Origin: Adineta vaga
Lineage: Eukaryota > Animalia > Rotifera
Length of the DNA: 64,000 nt
NCBI GenBank assembly: GCA_021613535.1
Contig: CP075495.1
Location: forward strand, 14,694,001-14,758,000
Direction of reading: 5' to 3'
The notes under the pieces are model-generated. The model did no database searches. It worked only from the letters and a program-made list of their open reading frames with translations, and had not been told where the DNA came from. Below, in pieces: positions 1 to 11,829 of this stretch (the first letter of the stretch is position 1; each line of letters begins with the position of its first letter). The translations under genes were made by a program, and so were the position numbers.

Positions 1-620
1 TCTCGTCTATAGACACTCACCACACTAGATCTCGGGTGCAATGAAATCGGCCATCAAGGAGCACAACATATTGGTGATGCCTTGCGAATAAACACAGTAA
101 TACTCATTCGCTCTTGTCCTAATTGACACATCCCTGTTCTCTCTCCTCTATAGACACTCACCACACTAAATCTCGAGAACAATCAAATCGGCCATCAAGG
201 AGCACAACATATTGGTGATGTCTTGCGAATAAACACAGTAATACTCATTCGCTCTTGTCCTAATTGACACATCCATGCTCTCTCTCGTTTATAGACACTC
301 ACCACACTAAATATCAGGTACAATCAAATCGACGATCTAGGAGCACTACATATTGGTGATGCCTTGCGAATAAACACAGTAATACTCATTCGCTCTTGTC
401 CTAATTGACACATCCATGCTCTCTCTCGTTTATAGACACTCACCACACTAGATCTCGGGTACAATGAAATCGGCCATCAAGGAGTACAACATATTGGTGA
501 TGCCTTGCGCATAAACACAGTAATATTCATTCGCTCTTGTCCTAATTGACACATCCGTGCTCTCTCTCGTTTATAGACACTCACCACACTAAATCTCGGG
601 GGCAATCAAATCGGCGACCA
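1..620 (+). repeat. Tandem repeat, 141-bp unit (84-nt exon + 57-nt intron), about 4.4 copies visible
   Basis: 'tagacactcaccacacta' recurs at exact 141-nt spacing (exon starts 13, 154, 295, 436, 577). Confidence 0.97.
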
Positions 621-669
621 ACAAAGAAAGTATCTCCGAAATGTTTTTGGAAATAGGTTGACGTTGTAG
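13..669 (+). CDS. 3' end of a leucine-rich-repeat protein (RI-like/NLRC3-type 28-aa LRRs), one repeat per exon; 5' part lies before the window
   Basis: Exons 13-96, 154-237, 295-378, 436-519 (84 nt each) and terminal exon 577-669 (TAG). They translate as TLTTLDLGCNEIGHQGAQHIGDALRINT-type repeats, separated by 57-nt GT..AG phase-0 introns that carry an in-frame TGA. Confidence 0.92.
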
Positions 670-3600
670 TTTGGACTCGAGGGACATTGTGTTTTCGTGC
701 TCTTTTCTGGAGAAGTTTTTCTGAGGAAACCGATGTGGTGAGAAATGAATACACAGTGTGCTTCGAAATCGTATTTATCTTACAATAACGTGTTTTGTTT
801 TAAGCTCTTGATTTCCGACCGTGAGAGATGTGTTTATCATCTAAGTTGTTATAAAGCCATTTGGGATAGCAGTAGGAATAATAGAACAAATAAATAAGTA
901 TAAAATTGCTAAGAAGGACGACCGATTATGCGTCTTATGAGCCTTTTAATGGGTCCGCTGCACTTATTCCCATCGCTGATCTATTATGAACGACTGGGAA
1001 ATTATTTCTTAAACATTCTGTTGTGCATGAAAACGTAGCAAAATATTCTTTCGAACTTTATTTTGAATATTTCTCATAATAAAGAGTTTAGCTCAAAGTC
1101 TGAGTGCCTCACAAATCGTTACTATATTTGTAACGTTAGAGAGTTGGGGTTGACGTCAAGATCAAGTGGATGACAAGTTTGACAACTTTATTTAGTTGCT
1201 TCTTTGATTTGACGTTTGACGTCTAATGATAGAAAGATGTTTTGTATTCGTACATCTTTCAAGATAAAAAAAGAAAGTTTTAGAGAAAAGAGTGTATCTC
1301 AGTTTCAACTAACTAATGTGTAGAGACACAATTTAGGATATAAATCGCATCTGGATGCAACTTCCGATATATTCGAACTTCAATGAAAGACGGCGAGATG
1401 CATTTGCAAACACAAAGAGTGTTTCATGTTTACATAGTGACCCGTACTTATATTCCCTTCCTATTCATTATCATTCTGAGAATTACAAGAGTATGATTAA
1501 TTCGCGAGTGGTAAAGTCGTTCTGTCTTGAGTTTAAACATATTTCTTTTTGAATATATTCATCATCGGTGTCGATGAAACCGACTATACTAGATCTATCG
1601 AAGTTTTTCATGCTGTGCATTCAAATAATTACACACGATAATGAGCATCTAGCTGTTGAATGTACATTCAAAATAGTTTCTTTATCTAATATGACGATTT
1701 TGTTTCAGTAATAATATATTTATTATGAATAATCGTTGATTGAGAACTTCGACGAGATGGAACGTTGAAAAATTGATATTTTACGAAAATGAAATATTTT
1801 TTATAATAAAGAGAATTTCTTGGACAAGATGAATCATACAAGCATAGTTAATGATTTATATAATCATCCATTTAGAATATTTATATGGTAAAGAATCTAT
1901 AAGTACTTTAAATTTCGTATGATATCAAAGCAGTATTTAATCATACATACGTATAATAATCATAATTTTATAGATGTCCTTGCTGATCGCACAGACAGTT
2001 CAGAATTCTACTTGAAAATAATAGAATGTACAGTTTGATTCAATCATTATACTTCAACAAGACGTTTCGAAGTATGATTAAATGAAAATGCCACTCAATT
2101 TGATATCATCATAATTAAATGAGTATGTGTAGTTATATTATAACACCTTTTTTATGTAAATTGTTGTACATTGACAATTTTGTTTATAAATGAATGGTAG
2201 TTTATTCGAAAAGTGAATACCAATAAAAGTGTATAGAGTAAATTTATATTGATAATCAGTTTTCAAGAAATATATCGAATATGTCACAAATATTATGATT
2301 AACAGCAGTTCTCAAGCTGTTCATTTTGGTGAAATATATTGTTACATTTAATAAGAGTTCTTTTCTTTCGAAGATGTGAAAAGATGAGAGTGTCTCTCGT
2401 TTTTATTGGAACAGTTGTATCCACATTGATACTTTCGTGCTCTAACTCCTTAAGTATGTATTTGATTTTTTTTTTGGTAACGTTATATTATGAAATTTGA
2501 ATATCATATCGCTAGCAGTATCAAAGTAGGACAGAAAGAAAAAAAAAGCAATTAGTTATGATAATTATCTTTGCTATGTACATCCATTAAACCGAAGAGA
2601 AATAATAATGAATTAAAGCCATAGACGAAATCTTGAAGTTTCAACATGATTTCGACTATTAGGAAAGCGAGTTTGAACCATTATTCGATAAGGTTCAACT
2701 TTTTCGAGATCAACATCGCCGTAAATATCAAGAAAAGTTAGTTCTTTCAATGTTTCAAACAATTGACAAAGATCTTGTTCGAAGACTGTTACATGTTTAG
2801 CTGAACAAATTTTATTATTATTTAATTTTCTTTTAGAAAATATTTTTGTATCTACATACCAACTGATTTAGAAGTTTTAAGAGACTTCAGCCATCGTAGA
2901 ATTGATTGTTGATATAGAAAACCTTCTTTATAAATAGGGCGAACTTAAAAGTACAAAAAAGGAGGATGAATTAATATACATGTAGTTTTTATAAAATATA
3001 TCAAAGTTTTCATTGAAATCAATATTCCACTTTTTCATTGGACAGCGCGAACATTGATTTGAAAAATGTCATTTTAAATGTGTGCTTGTTTTCTAATATA
3101 AAACTCGTTTTATATCTTTTTCAAGCAGGAATATTCGAATATTTGAAATAAATGTCTAAGAAAAGAAGTTGTTCTCTCACAAATCAATTGAGTTTTTAGT
3201 AAAGTAATCAGAAGAAAAATTTATAGTACGCACAAAACTTATATTTCATTCAGGTAAATTAAACAAGGCACTTAGGTTAGAAATTTTAATTAATGTTCAA
3301 AATTTAAAGAACTGAAAAAACAGTCAAATTTTACAGCAATGAGTTGTATATCATGATTACTGGCGAGATAAAATATTCAAATGTCGAATCAACATCGTTA
3401 AAAGAAGAATTTTAACGCATATCTTGTTTCTGGTGGGATATCCAAGTTTTGTCATCTTTTTCTACAAGATCCGCACCTTAAGAGCACAACTATATATGCA
3501 TATTTCGACATAAAATTTGTCCACTTGAATACATCCCCTATGTTAGCTGATAACAGAAATTTTCAGGATTTTTTTAACAAAATCTCTTTGAAAACTTAAG

Positions 3601-5580
3601 ATTCATCTCCGCTGATATTTTATACGGTATGAATTTTTGAATCTTTACCGTCCGAAGAAATTTCGTCAAAAATCTCTCAGATGTTTTTCATGTTTGACTA
3701 GCTGATTTCTTTGTACAAACAAAACTTTATATAAAAAATTCACATACGAGCCTTTACTGTGAAAATTAGAGTCTTATAGGAAAAATGTACCAAACTCGAT
3801 TATCTCACTGGTAATAAGATAATAGGCCAGAACTCTTTTTTTTTAACGGTAAATATAATATATAGAGATCTACAAAATGCGCTAAATACTAGATTTAAAT
3901 TGATAGATTTCCTAAGAACTCTATATTACTTAATCATATGTTGTTTAGTAAAACGAGAGAGAATCAAACTTGACTCAAATTTCAAAATGAAAGTAAGAAC
4001 GTCCTTCTTACTCAATTTTAACTACACATTGTTATGAAAATATATTTGATTGATGTGATATAAGATAAAAACTTTTATTCTCATGATTTTTATGGCTTAA
4101 ATAAACTTACTAGATGTCCATGGAAAATCGTCATATCGCCAAAGACGTAGTGTTTGTAAATGAGGCATATATGTGGCAAGAAACGATGTCAGATATTTGC
4201 CTGTCTGAACCGATTCATTGTTACCAGTTTGACAACTTGAAATGTAAAATTCAACGTATTGAACAGTACTTCATGCATTCATTCTCAATTCATCATATGC
4301 CTATATAGAAAGCAAAAGAATAAAAAGAGGAAAACAAATCATATTTATCAATTACTTCATAGATCCTTTTAAACTACCCGAACACATCAGTCTTCATTAT
4401 TTAGTGAATTTAGTTTCTTAGATTTTCTGAAGATAAACTACAAAATAAGACCTCTATTCTATCAGATAACTCGAGAAAACAAAAATATTTTGTCTTTCCA
4501 CACAAAAAATTTAATCTGACCATAATCGAATTTAGAATCCTCAAATCAATTGCACATATTCAAAATATATTTTACCGCTTAAAACAAAATCTTACATATT
4601 GAACCATACTTAAAAGCCATTCGAATCGCTCAACAATGAGACATTTGAGTTGTACAGGCATTGAAATGAGATGAGCAAATACTCTTTCTTGTATGTGATT
4701 TTTAACTACTTGTGTTTCGCAACCCGCTAAAAAAAGAAATATTATATTTTGTCTGATAATGAGCGGGGTATTTGTCGAATGGTGGAATGTACTTATTTAT
4801 CAATCAGAAATTTCATTTTCTAAAACAATACTATGCTACAAAAAAAGTGACATATGAACTGAAAACAATTGTAAGCGATAGCATGGTAAAGGTATAACTG
4901 AAAGCGAACACCCGGTTTTATCTACACACGAGTTGATATTTTAGTCTCCTGATCAGTATGTAATTGTTTTTGAAAAATTTTACGTCTCGAAAATTAAACA
5001 TAAATTTTAAGAAAACTTTGCTTACAAACATATCTTCATGTCGATGAAACTTGACACGCCAATACTATCATTCTGTCGATCAGTATACATCAGGTTAGAC
5101 GCTAAAACTTCAGTCAATAACTATGAGCCGGAATAGAAAGTCTACGAATACACATTCTTTTACTATATTATTGGGAGATATTATACGCATAAAATTTCGA
5201 ATTTAAAAACGGCTGACGATGTGAAAATAATTCTTCGTAAATATAAGCGTATTGTAGTATTACTACGATCAACAGGCGTACTATAATATGCTAATCAACA
5301 TAGCTTTGATTTCAAAAACGAAAAATATTTCGGCGCAAAGTAAAAACACATACTGAAATTTCAGTTTATCAAATTTTACATATGAAAGAAATTATAAATT
5401 CGTTTTTAGACTTTATCTTAAAATAAACCAAGAATTTTCCGACTAAAAATTCACTTATTCAGGTTTACCAGTTATATTAGTGGGTGGATATCTCAATTAA
5501 TAATAGTCTTCGACAGGTAAAGAATGTATTTCTAGAGTAAGAAGAGTTTGAATCTAGGACTGAAAAATACTTATAGTTAA

Positions 5581-5791
5581 CCATATTACTCCCAGTGTGG
5601 GTCATTTTTGACCCCGGCTGGAAATCTGTATATTCTTAAAATCAATCAAGTGCGAAATGTAGTTTTATTTTTTCGTAAAACTAAAAAAGATCATTGTTTT
5701 GAGATGCTCTCTATGAAATCAGATCTAAAACCTCATAACTTGAATTAAAAGAATAATTGCAAAAGATTAAAAAAGCTTGGTGGTACAAAGG
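5581..5791. mobile_element. Degenerate piggyBac-like MITE
   Basis: TTAA|CC... at 5577-5582 and ...GG|TTAA at 5790-5795; subterminal palindrome GGGTCATTTTTGACCC at 5599-5614. The TIRs match only partly. Confidence 0.45.
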
Positions 5792-5989
5792 TTAAAGACA
5801 GAGTCATAGGAAGTTTTTTACATTGAATTACCTATTTTCAAAGTTCTACAATACTTATGGAAAATATCTTTACGATGATAAATGCAACACGGATTGTTCC
5901 ACATGAGTTTTACAACTATACGAGGAAGCTCAAGATTCCATTAACTTCTAGCGTCGAGCAAACAGGTCGTATAAATCCTTTTTAATGAC

Positions 5990-8511
5990 TAACTATAAAA
6001 TGAAATTAGTACCAACTTGTTCTTCGTCCAAGACATGTTCCCAATCGAATTTTTGTCACATTCCGAAAGCGCATATCAATCGTTGTGTATTGTCGCATGT
6101 TTGATAAGATTTCTAATGACATCAGAAGATCTGACTCATTAAAAGATTTACCATACTCTATAAGTAAAAGAAATTTTATTCAGATAGAATTTTTTTTCAC
6201 TATGTTTCTTTTCCAGTGAATTTAATGAATAAAGAAAATAGTGAACTATTTAAGTAACGCTCCTTCATCTGCTTCTCTTATTATGATTGTCGTTTAAAAA
6301 AACTAAATCAAAGTAACTGTGTTTAAGTATAAAGTCTTTCCTTAGTCTTGAATTTCTCAATATATTATGTATATTATCGTAATGATAAAGTAATTTACTT
6401 TTAAACACTGTAATACAAGAAATATTGGGACATAATTCAATGAAATGTTTGAGACATAGAGAAAGTGAAGGCTGCTGATCAGATAAGAAGTGATCAATAT
6501 ATTGCCAATTGAAAATATGAGAATGATTACTAAAAGAAATAAAATAAAATTGTAAGTTATTCAGAATTTTTATAAAGATAATATTATACGGCAGATTATT
6601 GAATAAGTGAAGTGCATCAGTAAAAGAAGAGAACAAATGTTGATATGATGTGATTGGATCAAACAAACATTTGACATTTGTCCATTGATGATAAAGAAAA
6701 TAGGAATGTGTTTTAAATGAATTAATGATTGCTTCTATATCGTTAAATAATAATTGACAAGAAGAACAAATGTAAAAATTGAAATAAGTTAAATTAGTTA
6801 TTAAATCAGGTAAACAATATTGACGAATAAAGTTTGCATCAATAGGAGATTTCCATACACTTTGGTCAGTTCTTTGATAGCTGTGATCATTTTTCAGATG
6901 AATTTGAAGTTTTTGAACATAGTCGAAATTGTTAAGAAGCCATTTTAGATATGTAAATTCCAAATCAGTATAGAGAAAAGTTTCTAAACTAAAATGTCGT
7001 AATTTTGATGCCTAAAAGTAAATTGAATTATTTCAATAAATCAAAAAATCAATAATGACGACATTTATAAGTAGATATAGACATTTTTCATACTTTATGA
7101 GCCCAGTTTCCATTTGATTGTCTTAAAGTGTCAACACTGGATACCCATGATGAATTGGGAGTTAGTGATAAATGAAATTGAACATACATTTCTTCAAGAT
7201 TTGGTACGTGTTCAATGAGATTTTCCAGAAAACATGTGTGATTGAGACAAATTTGTAGACGACGAAGAGTCATACAAGAAGATGCATTTGTGTATTGTAT
7301 AGATTTCGGAAATTGATTTAAATTTCATGCTAAACTATGATGAATGCTACCGTTATGAAAATCATTACTAGTATCAAGTCGAAGATATTTTAATTGACAT
7401 TGAGAAGAGAATAGTTGAGCAAGAAATTGTTTCACCATATTCCTTTCTTTTTCTATTCTATATCAAACAAAAACCAAAAGTAACTTTTTAATATCCAAAT
7501 AATTTTCTTTGAAAATGTTACCAATTCAGCTTGAATAATACAAATCTCAACGCTTATCTAATATCATTCGTCGACCCAAATACATTCACAATCATATATT
7601 AACCGTTCGATTGCAAAAATATCTAACAGAAATGACAAAATTTTCAAATGCAACCTTTCTCTTAAGAATATATAAGATATAAAGAATTATCAACATAACG
7701 CCATTGATAAACATCACGAAACACTCGTCAATGCATGTCTGTCCTCCACTAAAATGCTGACAATTTTTCAAGATTTCTCCAAGAGTAAATTTATTATTCT
7801 TGCAAATATTCAAGCATGTGTGCACTCTGGTAACTCTTTAATGTACTTATGTATTAGCTATAGTTAGCATACGTATCATCGTCTTTTTGTTTAGAATTGG
7901 TTGGAGAAAATTAATAAAACTTTCGCTCAATAATTAAAAGTACTTTTATCAACATATTATGGATTGTTTTATAGAATCTGTCAAATAAATGATTACTTAC
8001 CTATATCAGAAACCGTCGAAAGTTGTCCTCTTATAAATCTACCTCGCTGGAGAATATGCTTATCAAATGTTAATGTAAGTTCGTCTTATTGATATCTGAT
8101 AAGATGTGTTAAACTTTGAATTACTGGTACAATTGTTCCACATCGAGTCAAAATCAGTGTTTTAAGATTGGGAAAACGAAGTACATTTTGACCACTAAAC
8201 AACCATTCATAACAAAAATCACAAGCCATTGAATTTATGTCATCCAAATGAATACGTCGAATAGATGAACAAAGAGGTAATGAATTTAAAATCAATGGAA
8301 ATATTATTGAACAGTGTTTGGAATAAGATAAACCATTCGAAATAAGAAGTCCACTATTTAATCGTTCATTGTTTATCGAAAGAATTGAACATATAAGAGA
8401 ATTAAATCGACAATTTAACGACCAGAAAGATATTAACATATTAAAACATGATAAATAAGAAAAAATCTGTACAAAAATTTCATTGGGCAGTTCTTCGATT
8501 TTAATTATCAT
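5990..8511 (-). pseudogene. F-box/LRR-like gene, pseudogenised
   Basis: N-terminal F-box (IEELPNEIFVQIFSYL) and LRR-like blocks (LRRLQICL, LEEMYVQF). In-frame stops at 8086-8088 (RYQ*DELTLTFD) and 7325-7327 (HSLA*NLNQ). 3' boundary approximate. Confidence 0.75.
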
Positions 8512-8808
8512 TTTATCTAAAACAAAAAGTATCGTATTTTTTTTTCACGAATTTCATGTTCTCTTAATGCAGACAAATAGAGATAGAAAAACTTAATGTT
8601 TCCAAATAATCTGATCATTAAATTTTGAACAGTAATTCACAATAGACAACTGTATTGATTACTGAAAGTTCTAAATAACTGTGTTTAGATATAAGTGAAG
8701 AGATATTCTGACGAATATAATGAATTTAGTTCCTGATCTGATTGTTTTATGACAAAAAGGAAAGTACGTCTTCTATTATTTATATCGCGAGACATCTGCA
8801 AAATAATA

Positions 8809-9370
8809 ACGGGTGGCGCAGATTAAATAAACCTCTCAATATTTTCCATTTTGTTCATCTATAATTCAGCATATAAAAAAAACTTTTTACAGAAAGATTC
8901 CTTGTCAAATTCTCTACGAAATGTAGACGTTTTTATTATCTTAAATAATCTTTATTATTCTGAGGCACGTGATACAATCTATTCATCCAAGAAGTACAAC
9001 TTTCAAGCATAACATTTTTTCGATTTTTTTTACTGCTCTTTTTATAATTCTTGTATCATTGTTGCTTCAGATGTCATTCTATTAAAAAAAATAAAACAGA
9101 TGACAAGATGCAGCATGAAAAGCTCTACAATCTACAAACTAAAGTTTATTCTAATTATAAGTGTTCTCTTTTCAAATTGCAGCAAAACTCTTTGAAGTTG
9201 TAGTTCTTGGACCAATCGATTGTATCACATGCCTCAGAATAATGAAGACTATTTAAGATAATAAAAATATCTACGTTTTGTAGAGAATTTAAGAAGGAAT
9301 CTTTCTGTTCCGAATTACAGATGAAAGAAATTGAGAATACTGAGAGGCTCATTTAATCTGCGCCACCCGT
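8809..9370. mobile_element. Non-autonomous DNA transposon (MITE) with about 190-bp TIRs and TA flanks, Tc1/mariner-type
   Basis: 8809-9005 (ACGGGTGGCGCAGATTAAAT...) is the reverse complement of about 9190-9370 (...ATTTAATCTGCGCCACCCGT). TA at 8807-8808 and 9371-9372. Confidence 0.85.
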
Positions 9371-10393
9371 TATGACCTCTACTGGATCCCACTACTTATG
9401 TATGATTGTTTTAAAACATAACAAAAGATCAAACTCAAATGAACTGCATCATGTCTGAGATGCGTTTCTTTTTTTTGTTCGATATATCGCTTCTTCTGTC
9501 TATAATTTATATCATGAGGACGTCGGTGAAGAAAGGATATTCATACGAAAATCTCAGCGACTTTCACCGACACTTTTACTTGTTAATAGTTTCGTGCTGT
9601 ATATATCAATTTTGATAATGGATGTTTAGTACGAAGCAGTTTTTAAATAAACAATTTATTTGAACATCTTATCGAATCAAAAGAAAACTAAATCATTACT
9701 TGTTTGATCAATCAATGAAAAGAAGTTGACATTAACAAGAACAAAAGACCATAATTTTAGTTTAACAGGCATGAAATTACTTTTAGACGATCTGTCAAAA
9801 GAGACATTGAGCAAATGATAACTGTCAACAATGTTACTATAACAATTGAAAATAAGTTAACTTATTTATTTAATAGCTTTTGAACTTTGAAATCAAATGA
9901 ATATTTACTAAGTATTCATACTTTTTCAATTTTTAATTTCTTTCTTTCTCTGTCACTTAAATATTGTTGTCAAGGTTCTTTTATTATTTGAGATGGAATA
10001 TTTTTCCTCTCATTTCCTTTTTTTTCAAAGTATAAAAAATTTAAATCATAGTATAAAATATGACTGTTAACCTTTTCTTTCTCACGAGTATTTTCATAAT
10101 CTAACTTTGAGAAACTGATATATTATTGTTAATAAAAAGAGAGAACAATTTTTTTTCTCGTTTTCACCTATACTTGATGTTTGTCAATCAAACGGAGTTC
10201 TCTCTTTTCTCTTCGATCAACAATTATTATTAGATTGAATGGGTCGCCTGGGAGAAGTTTTTTTTTTCAACGTTCTGCTTCTCCTTTTTCTCTATAATTA
10301 TTTGAAAAGAATCATTCACTATAATTCTACAATGCTTGCTTACTCTTGACTGTTGTTCTCGTTAGATTTGATATTAAAGAAAAAAAAAGAAGA

Positions 10394-11175
10394 ATGGAAA
10401 CTTATATTCAATCTCGTCCTACGACACCTTATTCTTCGAATCGAAATCGATCTTATGAAACAACATATCAACGAGAATATTCGATTATAAGAAAAGCATC
10501 AAATATTGATGAAGGTGTTTCATCGGGTCAGCGATTTTTAATTGGATGTCCTTATGAATTAAGTGAACCGGTAGGCATAACATCATATACTGATGATTAT
10601 CCGGACAAAAACAAAAGTGTACAACGTGAACCAGTTATTCGACCAAATACACCTCGAGCTCATCGACCACATACTCATCCACAATTTCCTCATTTACCAC
10701 GTCAATCTGTAACGAATTCTTCTGGTATATCTGAAGAAATTAAACAAGCATTAAAAAATCAATTAACTTCAACATATCGAACAGATTATCTTGGTAAGAA
10801 AAACGAATATATAATTGTTCATAATCATTGTCATTTAAGAAGTTTCTTTGTTTTTGAAAAGGAGCTCCACAAGGATTTCCTCTTCCACTAGCATACAATT
10901 CATCACGATCATTTTGGCGTACTCGAGCATATCAACCATCAATTACTGAACACCAAAATAATCATCAATATTGTCTTCGACCAACAACAGCTCCTGTCGG
11001 ACGCTATGCTTACACTCGTCATGTTCCAGCAGAAGCCATCATTCCACTTACTTTACCCATGTGGAGAAAAGGATCTTCACAAACGGCATACAAAACAGAA
11101 TTTAGTGAAAAAGCACCCTCTCTATTATATATGAAAAATTTTGTCGATCATTTCAGTGGACCGATGGATCAATAG
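10394..11175 (+). CDS. TEX26: TEX26-like ciliary microtubule inner protein (2 exons, intron 10794-10861)
   Basis: IGCPYELSEPVGITSYTDDY and EIKQALKNQLTSTYRTDY resemble TEX26 as I recall it; repeated T/S-x-Y-x-x-D/E-Y/F (Mn-like) motifs; exon 2 is open to TAG at 11173-11175. Confidence 0.7.
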
Positions 11176-11829
11176 AACTAAACTTCGCTTTAACAAATCT
11201 CTTTACAATACATCCAAATTTTCATCAAAAATATACAATCAAAAGGATCATATCTAGATTATGCGTGCACTGATGATGTTTGATCAATAAAATATAATGT
11301 TGAATGATAGTATAAATCATAGTTAGTTATCAACATCTTGTTTGTGAATTTGAAAATGCTTCAATCAATGAAGAATAATGAGTGAATCATGAGTGATAGA
11401 GGTCGTTTCTTTGATATGTTGAATATAATTTCTTTTAAAAACTAAGTCCATTTGTGGAACAAAATTGTACTTCTCTAATACATGTATGTGGAGCTTTAAG
11501 CGTAGAGACGAACGTGATTGTATAATAATGAAATATTATGAAGCAATATCTGACGCATCTATTACTCACATTGCAGAATATAAATATAAATAAGGAGAAC
11601 AGCAAAATAAATGTTTGTCATTTTGTACACGTTGCAAGCTTATCAGATTTACAGCATATGAAGAAATGTTGGTTTGTGAAATTTATAGAAATGATAGACA
11701 TGAGTCAACTTCTTCTTTTTAGTTCTTTTCAGTTTAAATTCAAGTAAGTATGAAAAAGAGTCAGCAATGTTTGTGTCAAGTTAATATTGATTAATTTAAA
11801 CGTGATACTCGTTTGTTTTAGAATTGAAA

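Noticed and set aside
1-620. CRISPR-like array
   Set aside because: The whole 141-bp unit repeats with no unique spacers; units are LRR exons plus GT-AG introns, and there are no cas genes.
670-5560. Short ORFs (1355, 4114) and exon-like fragments near 2450-3250
   Set aside because: No recognisable motif or continuous frame; probably decayed gene or transposon debris that I cannot identify.
7088-7090. Stop ending ORF 7088-7273 as a nonsense mutation
   Set aside because: It lies inside an intron donor (AAA|gtatga). Many other ORF-track ends in this window are likewise intron read-through.
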